A stretch of DNA of 64,000 nt, taken from the NCBI GenBank assembly GCA_964591955.1, contig CAZQBT010000004.1:4988-68987 (forward strand), in the 5' to 3' direction. The notes beneath the pieces are model-generated. The model saw only the letters and a program-made list of their open reading frames with translations, had not been told where the DNA came from and did no database searches. The translations under genes were made by a program, and so were the position numbers. This document shows positions 21,377 through 37,392 of the stretch, piece after piece. Source of the stretch: an uncultured Brevinematales bacterium (GTDB taxonomy: Bacteria; Spirochaetota; Brevinematia; Brevinematales; CAZQBT01). Position 1 is the first letter of the stretch. Each line of letters starts with the position of its first letter.

Positions 21377-22579
21377 TTACTCAATAATGTCGGTAACAAC
21401 ACCGGCGCCTACCGTTCTACCGCCTTCACGGATAGCAAACCTCATACTCTTTTCGAGAGCAACAGGCACGATAAGTTCAATAGTCATATTGATATTATCG
21501 CCGGGCATAACCATTTCAGCGCCTTCAATCTGCGCAATATTTCCGGTAACATCAGCAGTTCTGATATAGAACTGGGGACGGTAACCGATATGGAAAGGAG
21601 TCTTTCTTCCGCCTTCCTCCGGCTTCAACACGTAAACCTCAGCCTTGAACTTGATATGAGGAGTAATTGAACCGGGCTTTGCTATAACCATACCGCGTCG
21701 GATTTTTTCCTTATCAATACCGCGAAGGAGAATACCCACGTTATCACCAGCCTGACCCTGGTCAAGAAGCTTTCTGAACATCTCAACACCGGTACAAACC
21801 GACTTCTGGGTTTCTTTATAACCGATAATTTCAACAGGCTCGCTAACCTTGACAATACCTCTCTCAACTCTACCGGTAGCAACCGTTCCACGCCCGGTGA
21901 TAGAGAAAATATCTTCAATAGGCATAAGGAACGGCTTGTCAAGATCACGTTCGGGATCCGGGAAGTAGCTGTCCATAGCATCAACAAGCTCTTTAATGCA
22001 GTTGTAGCTAGGATCATCTGCATTAGTGCCGGATTCCAAAGCCTTCAAAGCCGAACCCCTGATAATAGGAACATCATCGCCGGGGAATTCATACTGGCTA
22101 AGAAGCTCTCTAACGTCCATCTCAACAAGGTCGATAAGTTCTTCATCATCTTTTGAAATCTGGTCAACTTTGTTTAAGAAAACGATAATGGAAGGCACGT
22201 TTACCTGACGAGCCAAAAGAACGTGCTCGCGGGTCTGAGGCATAACGCCGTCGGTTGCAGCAACAACCAAAACTGCGCCGTCCATCTGTGCAGCACCGGT
22301 AATCATATTCTTGATATAGTCGGCGTGTCCCGGACAGTCAATGTGGGCATAGTGCCTTTTATCAGACTCGTATTCCACATGTGCAGTATTAATAGTAATA
22401 CCTCTTGCCTTCTCTTCAGGCGCCGCATCAATTTCATCATATTTTTTAACCTTTGCTTTTCCCGTGAATGACAAAAACTGGGTAATTGCCGCGGTCAAAG
22501 TGGTTTTACCATGGTCAACGTGACCAACAGTCCCTACATTTAAGTGAGGTTTATTCCTCTCAAACTTTCCTTCAGCCAT
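21377..22579 (-). CDS. tuf: elongation factor Tu
   Basis: [30 protein letters not shown]. Confidence 0.98.
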   Translation of the reverse strand: MAEGKFERNKPHLNVGTVGHVDHGKTTLTAAITQFLSFTGKAKVKKYDEIDAAPEEKARGITINTAHVEYESDKRHYAHIDCPGHADYIKNMITGAAQMDGAVLVVAATDGVMPQTREHVLLARQVNVPSIIVFLNKVDQISKDDEELIDLVEMDVRELLSQYEFPGDDVPIIRGSALKALESGTNADDPSYNCIKELVDAMDSYFPDPERDLDKPFLMPIEDIFSITGRGTVATGRVERGIVKVSEPVEIIGYKETQKSVCTGVEMFRKLLDQGQAGDNVGILLRGIDKEKIRRGMVIAKPGSITPHIKFKAEVYVLKPEEGGRKTPFHIGYRPQFYIRTADVTGNIAQIEGAEMVMPGDNINMTIELIVPVALEKSMRFAIREGGRTVGAGVVTDIIE

Positions 22580-22609
22580 TTATTGCCTCCTAAGTTTACA
22601 TAATCAAAT

Positions 22610-24694
22610 TTATTCCGATTTCAACACGGTATCCCACATATTTTTCGGAAGCTCCGAATAGTGAGAAAACGACATAACATACGTGCCGCGCCCCTGAGTG
22701 GCTGAGCGAAGCGTAGTGGCGTAACCGAACATTTCACCGAGCGGAACATGCGCCGCAATTATACGCGCATTACCGCGGGCTTCCATCCCTTCAATTTTAC
22801 CGCGCCTTGAACTCAAATCACCGATAACATCGCCGAGATAATCCTCAGGCACAACAACGTCCACCTTCATCATAGGCTCAAGAACGACAGGGTCAGCCGC
22901 AGACATTGCATCACGAAAACCCTTGGATGCAGCAATCTTAAACGCTAATTCCGATGAGTCAACCTCGTGATACGAACCGTCGTAAAGCGTAACTCCCACA
23001 TCAACAACGGGAAATCCGCCGATAACCCCGCTCTCCATTGCCTCCTGAATACCTTTATTAATAGCAGGGATATATTCCTTAGGAACTCTACCCCCGACAA
23101 TTTTATCCTCAAACACATAACCGCCACCCTCGCCCATCGGTTTAATCTCTATCATCACATGTCCGTATTGTCCGCGACCACCCGACTGACGAATATATTT
23201 ACCTTCGGATTTAGCCGAATTCCTGATTGTTTCGCGATAAGCAACCTGAGGCTTTCCTACATTAGCCTGCACCTTAAATTCGCGTATCATCCTGTCCACA
23301 AGAATATCAAGGTGAAGCTCTCCCATACCCTGGATAATAGTTTGCCCGGTTTCCTCGTTTGTTCTTACGCGGAAAGTAGGGTCTTCCTCCTGCAACTTGC
23401 GCAAAACCTCGGACATCTTGTCAATATCCTCTTTGGTCTTGGGTTCAATAGCAACCGAAATAACAGGTTCGGGAAAATCAATAGCCTCAAGCAAAATCGG
23501 ACTATCCTCAACAGTGATACTATCACCGGTAGTGGTATCTTTAAGCCCGACTAAAGCCACAATATCACCTGCAAAAACCGTATCGACTTCTTCCCTTTTA
23601 TTGGCATGCATTCGAAGGATACGCGCAACACGTTCCTTATTCTGCTTATTTACATTATAAACATAACTACCTTTTTCCAATTTTCCCGAATAAATTCGTG
23701 TAAAAACAAGTTTTCCAACATACGGGTCAACCATAACCTTAAAAGCAAGCGAGGAAAAAGGCGCTTTATCATCAGCCTTTCTGGCTTCTTCCTTTTCGGA
23801 AACGGGATTTATACCCTTAATCGCCGGTATATCAATAGGCGCAGGAAGATAATCCACCACCGCATCCAAAAGAATCTGAATACCTTTGTTTTTAAGAGCG
23901 GTACCTGCCAAAACAGGAAACATTTCGCAGTTTACAGTCATTTTCCTAATACCGCGCTTAATTTCATCTATCGTAAGATCTTCACCTTCAAGATATTTTT
24001 CAAGAAGGTCATCGTTGCCTTCGCAAACAGCCTCAACAAGTTTAAGCCTGTATTCCTCAACAACCCCCTTTAAATCTTCGGGAATTTCCTCTTCTTCATA
24101 TTTAGCGCCCTTTTCGTTATCCTCAACGCCCCAAACAAGCGCCTTTTGCATAATCAAATCCACCACACCGCGGAACTCCGACTCAGCGCCGATAGGAACT
24201 TGAATAGGCACAGCTTTAACGCCAAGCTTTTTTTCCATAGATTCAAGCGACATAAAGAAATCCGCACCCATCTTATCCATCTTGTTGAAGAAAGCAAGAC
24301 GGGGAACATTGTATTTGTCCGCCTGACGCCATACGGTTTCGGACTGAGGCTCTACACCCGCCGCGGCATCAAACACCGCAACCGCCCCGTCAAGCACACG
24401 AAGCGAACGCTCAACCTCTGCGGTAAAATCCACGTGTCCGGGCGTGTCTATAAGATTAACCTTAATATCTTTCCAAAAACATGTGGTGGCAGCGCTGGTA
24501 ATAGTTATTCCGCGCTCCCTTTCCTGAACCATCCAGTCCATTTCACTGGAGCCGTCGTGGGTTTCCCCGATTTTATGGGTCTTCCCCGTATAAAAAAGTA
24601 TTCTTTCCGAAACGGTGGTCTTTCCCGCATCTATATGCGCGGCAATACCAATGTTTCGAACTTTATCAATAGCAAATTTTCTTTCAGCAGCCAT
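22610..24694 (-). CDS. fusA: elongation factor G
   Basis: [21 protein letters not shown]; 694 aa. Confidence 0.98.
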   Translation of the reverse strand: MAAERKFAIDKVRNIGIAAHIDAGKTTVSERILFYTGKTHKIGETHDGSSEMDWMVQERERGITITSAATTCFWKDIKVNLIDTPGHVDFTAEVERSLRVLDGAVAVFDAAAGVEPQSETVWRQADKYNVPRLAFFNKMDKMGADFFMSLESMEKKLGVKAVPIQVPIGAESEFRGVVDLIMQKALVWGVEDNEKGAKYEEEEIPEDLKGVVEEYRLKLVEAVCEGNDDLLEKYLEGEDLTIDEIKRGIRKMTVNCEMFPVLAGTALKNKGIQILLDAVVDYLPAPIDIPAIKGINPVSEKEEARKADDKAPFSSLAFKVMVDPYVGKLVFTRIYSGKLEKGSYVYNVNKQNKERVARILRMHANKREEVDTVFAGDIVALVGLKDTTTGDSITVEDSPILLEAIDFPEPVISVAIEPKTKEDIDKMSEVLRKLQEEDPTFRVRTNEETGQTIIQGMGELHLDILVDRMIREFKVQANVGKPQVAYRETIRNSAKSEGKYIRQSGGRGQYGHVMIEIKPMGEGGGYVFEDKIVGGRVPKEYIPAINKGIQEAMESGVIGGFPVVDVGVTLYDGSYHEVDSSELAFKIAASKGFRDAMSAADPVVLEPMMKVDVVVPEDYLGDVIGDLSSRRGKIEGMEARGNARIIAAHVPLGEMFGYATTLRSATQGRGTYVMSFSHYSELPKNMWDTVLKSE

Positions 24695-24706
24695 TCTAAA
24701 ATCCCC

Positions 24707-25180
24707 TTACCAACGAAAGTGAGCGAATGCTTTGTTCGCTTCAGCCATTTTAACGGTATCAACCTTCTTTTTATAGGTAGTTCCCGTGCTGTTATAAGCA
24801 TCAAGAAGTTCTTTTCCGATTTTTTCAGCCATAGAATGGTCTTTTCTTGCGCGAGAAATATTCACAAGCCACCTGATAGCCAAAGAATTCTGGCGTTCGG
24901 GACGAACCTCTACGGGCACCTGGTATGTAGCGCCACCGACCCTTCGAGAACGCACTTCAATAGGCGGTTTAATATTGACAATCGCAGTCTCAAAAGCCTG
25001 TAACGGGGGTTCGCCGGTTTTCTGAGAAAGAAAATCAAGCGCACCGTAAACCGCCTTTGTAGCAACACTCTTCTTACCGTCCCACATCACCTGATTAATG
25101 AGCTTCTGCACCATAAAACTGCCGTATTTGTAATCAGGTAAAACTTCTTTTCGATTAACTTTATTCTTTTTTCTTGGCAT
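24707..25180 (-). CDS. rpsG: 30S ribosomal protein S7
   Basis: Conserved position; RRVGGATYQVPVEVRPERQ. Confidence 0.95.
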   Translation of the reverse strand: MPRKKNKVNRKEVLPDYKYGSFMVQKLINQVMWDGKKSVATKAVYGALDFLSQKTGEPPLQAFETAIVNIKPPIEVRSRRVGGATYQVPVEVRPERQNSLAIRWLVNISRARKDHSMAEKIGKELLDAYNSTGTTYKKKVDTVKMAEANKAFAHFRW

Positions 25181-25199
25181 AATAATCCCCTAAATATGG

Positions 25200-25574
25200 T
25201 TAAGACTTCGGACGCTTCGAGCCGTATTTCGAGCGTGACGATTTTCTATTTTCAACACCCATAACATCAAGAGTCCCGCGGATAATATGGTATCTTACAC
25301 CGGGAAGGTCTCTAACTCTCCCGCCTCGGATTAGCACAACCGAGTGTTCCTGCAATGTATGCCCGATACCCGGAATATACGCGGTAGCTTCGATACCGTT
25401 TACTAACCTAACCCTTGCAATTTTACGCAAAGCAGAGTTGGGTTTCTTGGGGGTCATCGTTGTTACCCTTACACAAACCCCTCTTTTTTGCGGATTATTT
25501 TGCAAAGCGGGTGATTTTCCTTTCTTGGTTACTTTCTCTCTTCCTTTGCGAACTAACTGATTAATAGTTGGCAT
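25200..25574 (-). CDS. rpsL: 30S ribosomal protein S12
   Basis: [12 protein letters not shown]...[10 protein letters not shown]. Confidence 0.97.
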   Translation of the reverse strand: MPTINQLVRKGREKVTKKGKSPALQNNPQKRGVCVRVTTMTPKKPNSALRKIARVRLVNGIEATAYIPGIGHTLQEHSVVLIRGGRVRDLPGVRYHIIRGTLDVMGVENRKSSRSKYGSKRPKS

Positions 25575-25622
25575 TTATGCTTCCACCTCTTAAAGTATTT
25601 AAAGGTTAATTACGTGGCATTT

Positions 25623-25651
25623 AGTATAACGAAAAAATGCCTGTCTGTCAA
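25623..25651 (-). promoter_or_regulatory. candidate strong sigma70 promoter of the rpsL-rpsG-fusA-tuf (str) operon
   Basis: Minus strand AAAAAAA-TTGACA-N17-TATACT, about 45 nt upstream of the rpsL ATG. Confidence 0.6.
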
Positions 25652-25719
25652 TTTTTTTAACAGTTATCATGCACATAAAACAGCAAAAAATTAATTTTTT
25701 AGAAAAATCCTGCCGAAAA

Positions 25720-29814
<4,095 letters not shown>

Positions 29815-29851
29815 AAAAAAACTCCTTCCCTAAAATTAAACTATTAACAAC

Positions 29852-32800
29852 CTATATAAGATGTATCTTCATATCGACAAGCTCTTTTTCCTTGTCGTTC
29901 AATGATACACGCTTCCCGTTTTTATCATAAACCTGCATATCAAGAGCAAGTCCGCGAAGTTCCTGAACAAGCACGTTAAAGGATTCGGGGATACCGGGAG
30001 ACGCTACATATTTACCCTTGATAATACCCTCATAAACGCGAACTCTTCCTTCGGTATCGTCGGACTTGACCGTGAGCATTTCCTGAAGGAGATTAGCCGC
30101 GCCGTAAGCCTCAAGCGCCCACACCTCCATTTCTCCAAGTCTCTGTCCTCCGAAATTAGCCTTACCCCTGAGAGGCTGTTGGGTAACAAGCGAGTAAGGT
30201 CCCACCGAACGCGCATGTATCTTGTCGTCAACCATATGATGAAGTTTAAGAATATACATAACGCCGACAAACACGGGTCTTTCAAACTCGTTACCTGTTT
30301 TTCCGTCACGCAAGTTAAACTTGCCGTCCATAGGTAACTTAACGCGGTTAAAGTATTCCTCAATTTCCTTATCGGATTCGCCGAATTTTTTGCGCTGTTC
30401 TTTAAGTTCCTTCTTTATTTTATCATTAGCCTTGGTAAGTTCGGCTTCGATTTCCTCAATAGTAGCGCCCTCGAAAACGGGACACTCATATTTAGTCCCG
30501 AGCTTCCATCCCGCTATACCGAGAAGAGTCTCAAACAACTGCCCCAAGTTCATACGGCTGGGAACACCCAGCGGGTTAAGCACAATATCAACCGGCGTTC
30601 CATCGGGAAGGAAAGGCATATCGGATTCGGGAAGAACTCTCGAAATAACGCCTTTATTACCGTGTCGTCCCGCAATCTTATCACCCGGCTTAATCTTACG
30701 CTTTTTAGCTATATAAACCTTAACAAGCTCAATAACGCCCGGGGGAAGCTCATCGCCGTTGGATGCGGAAAAAACTTTTACATCAACAACAACTCCGCCC
30801 TCGCCGTGAGGAACTCTAAGCGAGGTGTCGCGAACATCTTTCGCCTTTTCGCCGAATATAGCGTGCAAAAGACGGAATTCCGGGGTTTCGGTAGGTTCTC
30901 CCTTAGGAGTAACCTTACCTACAAGAATATCACCCGGCTTAACATAAGCCCCGACACGTATAATTCCCTCATCATCAAGGTTTTTCAAAGCATCCTCGCC
31001 GACGTTGGGAATTTCGTTGGTGATTTCCTCGCTTCCGAGTTTTGTCTCAAGCGCCTTACACTCAAAGACAGTAGTATATATAGAAGTAAAAGTATCATCT
31101 TTCAAAAGTTTTTCGCTAATCAGGATAGCATCCTCATAGTTATACCCGTTCCAAGGCATAAACGCCACAACGACATTTTTACCGAGAGCAAGCTCTCCGT
31201 TGGAACTGGCAAACCCATCCGCAATAACGTCGCCGGATTTAACCTTTTGACCTTCATTGACAATAGGATTTTGGTTAAAACTCGTGTCCTGATTAGTCCT
31301 GCGAAATTTAACGAGTTTATATTCCTTTTCGCCGCCCTTTTCTTTTATAACAACCTTTGTCGAATCGACCTTAGTAACGCTGCCGTCGCCCTGAGCTAAA
31401 ACAACCGCCCTTGAGTCGCGGGCAACATATCTTTCTATACCCGTCCCCACAATCGGAGCCTCCGATATAAGAAGCGGCATAGCCTGACGCTGCATGTTTG
31501 AACCCATAAGCGCACGGTTAGCATCGTCATGCTCAATAAATGGAACAAGCGCAGCGGATACCGACAAAATCTGCTTAGCCGAAACATCCATAAGTTGAAT
31601 TTTATCCTTCGGCGCAAGTTCAAATTCTCCCCGCACCCTTGCCTGCACAAAATCTTCGACTATTTCCGCTTTGTCGTTAAGTTTAACATTGGCCTGCGTT
31701 ATATAATAATTTTCCTCTTCGGTAGCGGAAAGAAACCGGATTTCATCGGTAACTTTTCCGTTTTGAATTACCAAATAAGGTGTTTCAAGAAATCCATAAG
31801 AATTAACGCGCGCATAAGTCGAAAGAGAAACTATAAGCCCGATATTAGGACCTTCCGGCGTCTCAATAGGACAAACACGGCCGAAATGGGTATTATGAAC
31901 GTCGCGAACCTCCAAACCCGCCCTGTCTCTCGACAAACCGCCGGGACCCAATGCCGACAATCGGCGTTTGTGGGTCAACTCGGATATGGGGTTAGTCTGG
32001 TCCATAAACTGTGAAAGCTGGCTCATCCCGAAAAAGTCATTAATGGAAGAAACAAGAGGCTTTATCGCAATAATATTTTGCGGAGATAAATCCTCGATTT
32101 CCCGCGATGACAATTTTTCGTGGATAGACTTCTCAACCTTGCTGAAAGCCGAAGTAAGCTGGTTCATAATAAGCTCATTGACATTTCTAACGCGTCTGTT
32201 TCCGAGATGGTCAACATCGTCAAGCGGAGCTTCCTTATTAAAAACCTTCAACAAGTGGCGAAGAGTCCTCGTTATATCTTCAAACGCAAGCGTTCTCTGC
32301 TGGATAAGAGCGTTTCTTTCTTCCTCCGAATAATCGGGATAAAGTTTCAAAACCAATTTATAACGCCCGACCTCGCCCAAATCATACATCTTGGGAGTAA
32401 AAAACATATTGTTAAGTTCGCGAACAATACTCTCAAGAGGGGCAGCTTCGCCGGGATGGAGGATACTGTAAATCTTTTTTATAGCCTTGTGAGGAGTATC
32501 CTTAGTATCATCCTTTTCAAGAGTGTTGATAAGAGGACGATTTTTAGCAACAACTTTGGGGTTTAAGATTTTGATAACCGTTTTTTCTTTCTGGTAAAGC
32601 TGGTTAATGCTGCCGGGGAAAAGTTTATCGACAGCGCCGACAATAAGATTGCCCTCGTCATCATAAACGTCCTCTGCAACATATCGACCTACCAGACGCG
32701 ACACCGCATCGTCTTTATCTATCTTTTTAAGATTAATTTTGCGAATACCCTCATTCTCTTCATTAAAGAAAGCATCTATAATTTCAGTAGTAGATTTGGA

Positions 32801-33394
32801 GAGTGCGCGTAGAAACATAGTAACAAGGATTTTACGGCGGGAGTCGATACGAACATACATAAGGTCTTTTTTGGTATCAATAATAAATTCAAGCCAAGAC
32901 CCCTTTTCGGGAACAATCTTAGCGGAAAGTTCTTTGTTTTTGTAGCTAAAAAGAACGCCCGGTGATTTATAAATCTGGTTGACTACGACCCTTTCAGCGC
33001 CGTTAATAATGAAAGTTCCGCGCTCCGTCATCAAAGGGAAATCGCCGATATAAATATCTTTTTCCTTGATTTCCCCGGTTTTCCTGTCGATTAAACGAAA
33101 AACCGCTTTGATAGGAACGCTAAAAGTAAGGTTTTTATCAAAACACTCATCTTCTTCATATTTGATTTTCCCTACCTCGTAACGGACATATTCAATAACA
33201 ATATCCCCGCTGGCGCTTTCAATAGGGAAAACGGAGGAAAAAACAGCCTGCAACCCCTTGTTTTCGCGCTTATCGGGAGTTTTACCCATCTGGAGGAAAT
33301 CCTTGAAAGAATTAAGCTGTATTTCAAGGAGGTCTGGGAGGGGAAGTTTTTCCTCAAGAATTGCGAAAGAAACTCTGCCGTCTTTAGTTTTCAT
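29852..33394 (-). CDS. rpoB: DNA-directed RNA polymerase subunit beta
   Basis: 1180 aa; GRHGNKGVIS, NLGQ..ET and rifampicin-cluster region SQLSQFMDQTNP. Confidence 0.98.
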   Translation of the reverse strand: MKTKDGRVSFAILEEKLPLPDLLEIQLNSFKDFLQMGKTPDKRENKGLQAVFSSVFPIESASGDIVIEYVRYEVGKIKYEEDECFDKNLTFSVPIKAVFRLIDRKTGEIKEKDIYIGDFPLMTERGTFIINGAERVVVNQIYKSPGVLFSYKNKELSAKIVPEKGSWLEFIIDTKKDLMYVRIDSRRKILVTMFLRALSKSTTEIIDAFFNEENEGIRKINLKKIDKDDAVSRLVGRYVAEDVYDDEGNLIVGAVDKLFPGSINQLYQKEKTVIKILNPKVVAKNRPLINTLEKDDTKDTPHKAIKKIYSILHPGEAAPLESIVRELNNMFFTPKMYDLGEVGRYKLVLKLYPDYSEEERNALIQQRTLAFEDITRTLRHLLKVFNKEAPLDDVDHLGNRRVRNVNELIMNQLTSAFSKVEKSIHEKLSSREIEDLSPQNIIAIKPLVSSINDFFGMSQLSQFMDQTNPISELTHKRRLSALGPGGLSRDRAGLEVRDVHNTHFGRVCPIETPEGPNIGLIVSLSTYARVNSYGFLETPYLVIQNGKVTDEIRFLSATEEENYYITQANVKLNDKAEIVEDFVQARVRGEFELAPKDKIQLMDVSAKQILSVSAALVPFIEHDDANRALMGSNMQRQAMPLLISEAPIVGTGIERYVARDSRAVVLAQGDGSVTKVDSTKVVIKEKGGEKEYKLVKFRRTNQDTSFNQNPIVNEGQKVKSGDVIADGFASSNGELALGKNVVVAFMPWNGYNYEDAILISEKLLKDDTFTSIYTTVFECKALETKLGSEEITNEIPNVGEDALKNLDDEGIIRVGAYVKPGDILVGKVTPKGEPTETPEFRLLHAIFGEKAKDVRDTSLRVPHGEGGVVVDVKVFSASNGDELPPGVIELVKVYIAKKRKIKPGDKIAGRHGNKGVISRVLPESDMPFLPDGTPVDIVLNPLGVPSRMNLGQLFETLLGIAGWKLGTKYECPVFEGATIEEIEAELTKANDKIKKELKEQRKKFGESDKEIEEYFNRVKLPMDGKFNLRDGKTGNEFERPVFVGVMYILKLHHMVDDKIHARSVGPYSLVTQQPLRGKANFGGQRLGEMEVWALEAYGAANLLQEMLTVKSDDTEGRVRVYEGIIKGKYVASPGIPESFNVLVQELRGLALDMQVYDKNGKRVSLNDKEKELVDMKIHLI

Positions 33395-33428
33395 AACACA
33401 CTCCGTTTAAAAATATCGAAAATACAAC

Positions 33429-33457
33429 CGCCCCCTCTTAACCGAAGAGGGGGGGAT
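33429..33457 (-). terminator. rplL-rpoB intergenic stem-loop (attenuator-type partial terminator)
   Basis: Minus strand CCCCCTCTT-CGGTT-AAGAGGGGG followed by a T-rich stretch. Same position as the known E. coli rplL-rpoB attenuator. Confidence 0.5.
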
Positions 33458-33510
33458 TGCCATAGACAAAAGTAAAAATCCGAGACAAGTAAATGGAAGA
33501 TTGAAAAAGA

Positions 33511-33894
33511 TTATTTAACTTCAACAACCGCTCCGGCAGCTTCCAAATCTTTGGCGATTTTATCAGCTTCAGCCTTTTCGATATTTTCTTTAACAGGCTT
33601 AGCGCCGGCGCTTTCCGCAAGTTCCTTAGCCTCTTTAAGAGCCAAGCCGGTGATATTTCTAATAACCTTGATAACTTCGATTTTTTTATCACCGGGGGAC
33701 TTAATAAACACGGAAACCGTGCTTACTTCTTCTTCAGCTTCGGCAGCACCGCCTGCAGCGGGTGCAGCAGCAACAGCTACCGGTGCAGCCGCAGTTACAC
33801 CAAACTCTTCCTCAATTGCTTTTCTGAGTTCATTCAACTCCAAAACAGTCATATTTTTGATAATGTCAAGAACTTCTGCAATTTTGTCAGCCAT
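33511..33894 (-). CDS. rplL: 50S ribosomal protein L7/L12
   Basis: Ala-rich hinge [23 protein letters not shown]-terminal KEAKELAE. Confidence 0.97.
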   Translation of the reverse strand: MADKIAEVLDIIKNMTVLELNELRKAIEEEFGVTAAAPVAVAAAPAAGGAAEAEEEVSTVSVFIKSPGDKKIEVIKVIRNITGLALKEAKELAESAGAKPVKENIEKAEADKIAKDLEAAGAVVEVK

Positions 33895-33928
33895 CTAAAT
33901 CTCCTTTCGTTATTTTTATATTTGGTTA

Positions 33929-34447
33929 TTAACCTTTTTTCTTTTCCAAAGCTTCAACAGTGCCGACAAATTTGGTTATAATAGCATTAAGCGAACCGAC
34001 AAATTGGGCAACAACACTGTTCATACCTCCGGCTATCATACCGATAAGCTCCGTTCTGCCGGGGAGTTTGGAAATTTCGATAATATTCGGCTGGTCATAC
34101 GCCATACCGCTTACCAAACCTCCCTTTAAGGCAAGCTCCTTGTATTCCTTAACAAATAAAACCACTGCCTTGAGCGAACCGATAATATCTTCTTTGGAAT
34201 AAATCAGGACGGTGTTTTTCTTGAGATAAGGCTCCAAGCCGTCAATCTTGAGTTCATCAAGCGTCCTTTTAAGGAGACGGTTTTTTACCACATAGGATTT
34301 ACCCCCCGCCTCACGAACTCTACCCCGAAGCTCCTCAAATGCGGAAACGGACAAACCCTTAAAGTCAGCGACCACAAACCCGTCCGTATCCTTGAGTTCA
34401 ACGGTTAAATTTGAAACTATATTAGCTTTTTCCGATTTTTTAAGCAT
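33929..34447 (-). CDS. rplJ: 50S ribosomal protein L10
   Basis: Conserved position and size between rplA and rplL. Confidence 0.9.
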   Translation of the reverse strand: MLKKSEKANIVSNLTVELKDTDGFVVADFKGLSVSAFEELRGRVREAGGKSYVVKNRLLKRTLDELKIDGLEPYLKKNTVLIYSKEDIIGSLKAVVLFVKEYKELALKGGLVSGMAYDQPNIIEISKLPGRTELIGMIAGGMNSVVAQFVGSLNAIITKFVGTVEALEKKKG

Positions 34448-34471
34448 CTTAACCTTCCCGTAATTTTAATA

Positions 34472-35191
34472 TTAAGCGCTAATCTTTTTATAATCAATTC
34501 TCACGGAAGTTCCCATAGTTGGGGAAATTGCGAGATTTGAGATATAATCGCCCTTCAAGTCGGAAGGACGGTTTTTCATAATAAGTCTATGAATAGCCAA
34601 AATATTTTCTAAAATAGCATTGTCATCGGATGATTTTTTTCCGACAACGGTGTGAACATTGCCGGTTTTATCGGCGCGAACTTCCGTTCTTCCCGCCTTG
34701 TATTCCTTAACAACCTTTTCAATATCATTGGTAACGGTTCCCGTTTTAGGGTTAGGCATCATTTTACGACGGCCAAGTATAGAACCGAGCTTCCCGACAA
34801 TCTTCATCATATCGGGCGTAGCAATAACGGCATCAAACTCAAGCCATCCGCCGAGAATTTTCTCGACGAGGTCTTCCGCACCGACATAGTCCGCACCGGC
34901 GCTTTTCGCCTCTTCCGCCTTAGGTCCCACAGCAAACACAAGAACGCGGGTTACCTTGCCTACCGAATGAGGCAATACAAGAACATCGCGAACCGTATGT
35001 TTCTGCTTGATATTGAGTTTATAAGCAAGTTCGATAGTTTCATCAAACTTAGCCGTGGCAAGTTCCTTAACCTGCTTGACGGCATCCTCCAACGAAAAAA
35101 CCAAAGCCTTATCATATTTGTCAATCATAGAGAGGATACGCTTTGTTCCTCTGTAAGTTACACCGTTTTTTACAAGAGTTTTCTTAGCCAT
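34472..35191 (-). CDS. rplA: 50S ribosomal protein L1
   Basis: [13 protein letters not shown]...[24 protein letters not shown]. Confidence 0.95.
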   Translation of the reverse strand: MAKKTLVKNGVTYRGTKRILSMIDKYDKALVFSLEDAVKQVKELATAKFDETIELAYKLNIKQKHTVRDVLVLPHSVGKVTRVLVFAVGPKAEEAKSAGADYVGAEDLVEKILGGWLEFDAVIATPDMMKIVGKLGSILGRRKMMPNPKTGTVTNDIEKVVKEYKAGRTEVRADKTGNVHTVVGKKSSDDNAILENILAIHRLIMKNRPSDLKGDYISNLAISPTMGTSVRIDYKKISA

Positions 35192-35631
35192 TATTCAATA
35201 CCCTCCACTTCAACGCCCATATTTAAAGCCGTTCCGGCAATAATCTTAACCGCAGCATCAACATTGTAAGCATTCAAATCCGGCATTTTAAGTTCGGCAA
35301 TTTTGCGAAGCTGTTCCTGAGAAATTTTACCGACCTTTTGCTTGTTAGGCATAGCAGACCCTTTATCCAAGCCGAGTTCCTTTTTTATAAGGTTTGCCGC
35401 CGGCGGGGTTTTGGTAATAAAGCTGAAAGTCCTGTCTTCATAGATAGAAATTTCAACCGGGATAATAAAACCCGCTTTATCCTTAGTTGCGGAATTAAAC
35501 TGGTTACAAAAATCCATAAGCGGGACACCGTGAGGACCAAGAGCGGTACCAACCGGTGGTGCAGGATTAGCCTGTCCCGCAGGAATTTGGAGTTTTACAA
35601 CTGCCTTGACTTTCTTTTTCTTAGGTGCCAT
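35191..35631 (-). CDS. rplK: 50S ribosomal protein L11
   Basis: [24 protein letters not shown]. Confidence 0.97.
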   Translation of the reverse strand: MAPKKKKVKAVVKLQIPAGQANPAPPVGTALGPHGVPLMDFCNQFNSATKDKAGFIIPVEISIYEDRTFSFITKTPPAANLIKKELGLDKGSAMPNKQKVGKISQEQLRKIAELKMPDLNAYNVDAAVKIIAGTALNMGVEVEGIE

Positions 35632-35648
35632 TTTATATCTCCCTTAGT

Positions 35649-36209
35649 TTAAACCTTATGAACCTGACTGAACCCAAGCTCTACCGGGGTCAACCGTCCG
35701 AAAATTTCAACTCTAACCATAAGGCTGTTCTTTTCGTTGTTAATATCTTCAATTTCGCCCTCAAAGTCCTTGAAGGGACCCTCGGTGATTTTAACCCTTT
35801 CGCCCACTTCAAAGCCGGACTCAAGCGAACCGACATCCGATTTAATCTCGCCGGTTTTCTCGAAAATAGCCTTAACCTCTTCATAAGTAAGAGGAGACGG
35901 TTTTTTATTGCCGCCGCCCGCAGTGAGAAACATCCCCACACCGGGTATGGACTTAATCTCGGCATAGACTTTTTTCCATACGGAATCATCTTCGGGCAAG
36001 TCCAACTCGGCAAGCACGTAGCCCGGATATATCTTGCGCTTTCTTGTAACTTTTTTCCCTTTCTTCTCAACAACGTATTCCTCTTCGGGAACCCGCACCT
36101 CTATTAAGGTATCACGCAATACGTCATTGCCTTTTTTCAAAACAAGCCCGTCGTGGACTTTTTTCTCATAACCTGTGTAAACCTGAATAACAAACCAGCC
36201 TCTTGCCAT
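35649..36209 (-). CDS. nusG: transcription termination/antitermination factor NusG
   Basis: [14 protein letters not shown] (NGN domain), KOW motif [15 protein letters not shown]. Confidence 0.95.
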   Translation of the reverse strand: MARGWFVIQVYTGYEKKVHDGLVLKKGNDVLRDTLIEVRVPEEEYVVEKKGKKVTRKRKIYPGYVLAELDLPEDDSVWKKVYAEIKSIPGVGMFLTAGGGNKKPSPLTYEEVKAIFEKTGEIKSDVGSLESGFEVGERVKITEGPFKDFEGEIEDINNEKNSLMVRVEIFGRLTPVELGFSQVHKV

Positions 36210-36395
36210 CTATCCCACCATCCAAATTACAAAAGCGTTGATAATAATATCCATAAAAGCTAAAAACAAAGAAAAAACGACAACAAAAACGATAACAACA
36301 ATAGAAGACTTAACCGCCTCTTCTTTACTGGGCCAAACTACCTTTTTTAATTCTTCCCAGCTCTCTTTTAGGAAACCAGCAATTTTTTTAAACAT
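36210..36395 (-). CDS. secE: preprotein translocase subunit SecE
   Basis: 61 aa, ELKKVVWPSKEE plus one TM helix, directly upstream of nusG. Confidence 0.9.
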   Translation of the reverse strand: MFKKIAGFLKESWEELKKVVWPSKEEAVKSSIVVIVFVVVFSLFLAFMDIIINAFVIWMVG

Positions 36396-36423
36396 AATAA
36401 CTCCAAAGAAAGAATTAAAACAT

Positions 36424-36498
36424 CAGGCCTGGCGGGATTCGAACCCACAACATTCGGTTTTGGAGACCGACGCTCTAGCCAATTGGAGCTACAGGCCT
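36424..36498 (-). tRNA. tRNA-Trp (anticodon CCA)
   Basis: Hand-folded cloverleaf: acceptor AGGCCTG/CAGGCCT, anticodon arm TCGGT-CTCCAAA-ACCGA, T-loop TTCGAAT. Classic rpmG-tRNATrp-secE position. Confidence 0.9.
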
Positions 36499-36508
36499 AA
36501 CCGCAAAT

Positions 36509-36664
36509 TTACTTAACTTCTTTATGCATCGTGTGCTTTTTATCACGCGAGCAATATTTCTTAAGATGCAATTTAGTTCTTTGCTGAATCATATTCTTGG
36601 TTTTGGTAGTTGTATAATTGCGTTCTCCGCAAACCTCACACTCAAGAGTAACTATCTGCGCCAT
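36509..36664 (-). CDS. rpmG: 50S ribosomal protein L33
   Basis: Hand translation gives [51 protein letters not shown]. Below the track size cut-off. Confidence 0.9.
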   Translation of the reverse strand: MAQIVTLECEVCGERNYTTTKTKNMIQQRTKLHLKKYCSRDKKHTMHKEVK

Positions 36665-36687
36665 AACCACCTCTATAATAATAAATT

Positions 36688-36760
36688 AGCCCACAGTCGG
36701 ATTTGAACCGACGACCCCATCCTTACCATGGATGTGCTCTACCTGCTGAGCTATATGGGC
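36688..36760 (-). tRNA. tRNA-Thr (anticodon GGT)
   Basis: Acceptor GCCCATA/TGTGGGC, D-arm AGCTCAGCAGGTAGAGC, anticodon arm CATCC-ATGGTAA-GGATG, T-loop TTCAAAT. Confidence 0.9.
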
Positions 36761-36969
36761 TTTTGTCTATACGGGATAATTGCGTGTCAAATATCTTAAT
36801 ATGAATGCGCTTAAAAGTCAAGAAAAACCCCTCTTGATTTTTAAAAAGATTCTTTTTTTCTCATTCTCGTCCAAAGTAAAAACTTCCCATGTAACTCCAA
36901 AAATGAAACTTCCCTTTATTCCGTTTTTTGGTTCGCAGTATATTTTAACCGTTAATAACGAAAAAAACA

Positions 36970-36997
36970 TTGACTTTTTATCGGATTATTCTATGAT
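36970..36997 (+). promoter_or_regulatory. candidate sigma70 promoter for the small-ORF locus
   Basis: TTGACT-N16-TATGAT, about 130 nt upstream of the 37126 ATG. Confidence 0.45.
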
Positions 36998-37125
36998 ACT
37001 GTTGCAGAGAAAGACAAGAAAATCGCAGGGGGCACCTATATATTTTGCGATGAAATAAGCTAAAGATTTTTTTATCAAACTTCATTGTATTAACCTTTTA
37101 CAATATGCTCTAAAGGAGGTGCGAA

Positions 37126-37392
37126 ATGGACGGCAAAGCAGAAACCATAAGTTTTGATGGGGCGCGGTTATTTAAAGATACCGAAAAAGATTTGTTACTT
37201 GAGGATACAAGAAGCATTTTTAGACACCCCTACAAACGGCAGAAAATTAACTCCAAAATCAAAAAAGAAATTCGTTATGAAAAACTTATCGCCATAGATA
37301 TTCTTTGCGGCTCGTTTTGCAGCGGATATTTTTTCTTTTATAAGCAAGAAACTCAAATTATTAAAGCAAGCTATTCCTTTTTCGGTAAGTAA
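37126..37392 (+). CDS. hypothetical 88-aa protein with C-terminal hydrophobic segment
   Basis: Strong RBS AAAGGAGGTGCGAA-ATG. C-terminal LIAIDILCGSFCSGYFFFY. No recognisable family. Confidence 0.5.
   Translation: MDGKAETISFDGARLFKDTEKDLLLEDTRSIFRHPYKRQKINSKIKKEIRYEKLIAIDILCGSFCSGYFFFYKQETQIIKASYSFFGK

Noticed and set aside
36780-37058. 92-aa ORF next to tRNA-Thr
   Set aside because: It sits in AT-rich sequence, has no RBS, and spans the predicted promoter at 36970-36997. Its translation is homopolymer-rich. Most likely non-coding.
37004-37125. Possible riboswitch (e.g. c-di-GMP class) in the about 120-nt leader upstream of the 88-aa ORF, considered because of the neighbouring MshEN-like gene
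   Set aside because: By eye I could not match the GEMM-I/II or any other riboswitch consensus I know. Only two short generic hairpins are present. It needs an Infernal/Rfam scan before any claim.
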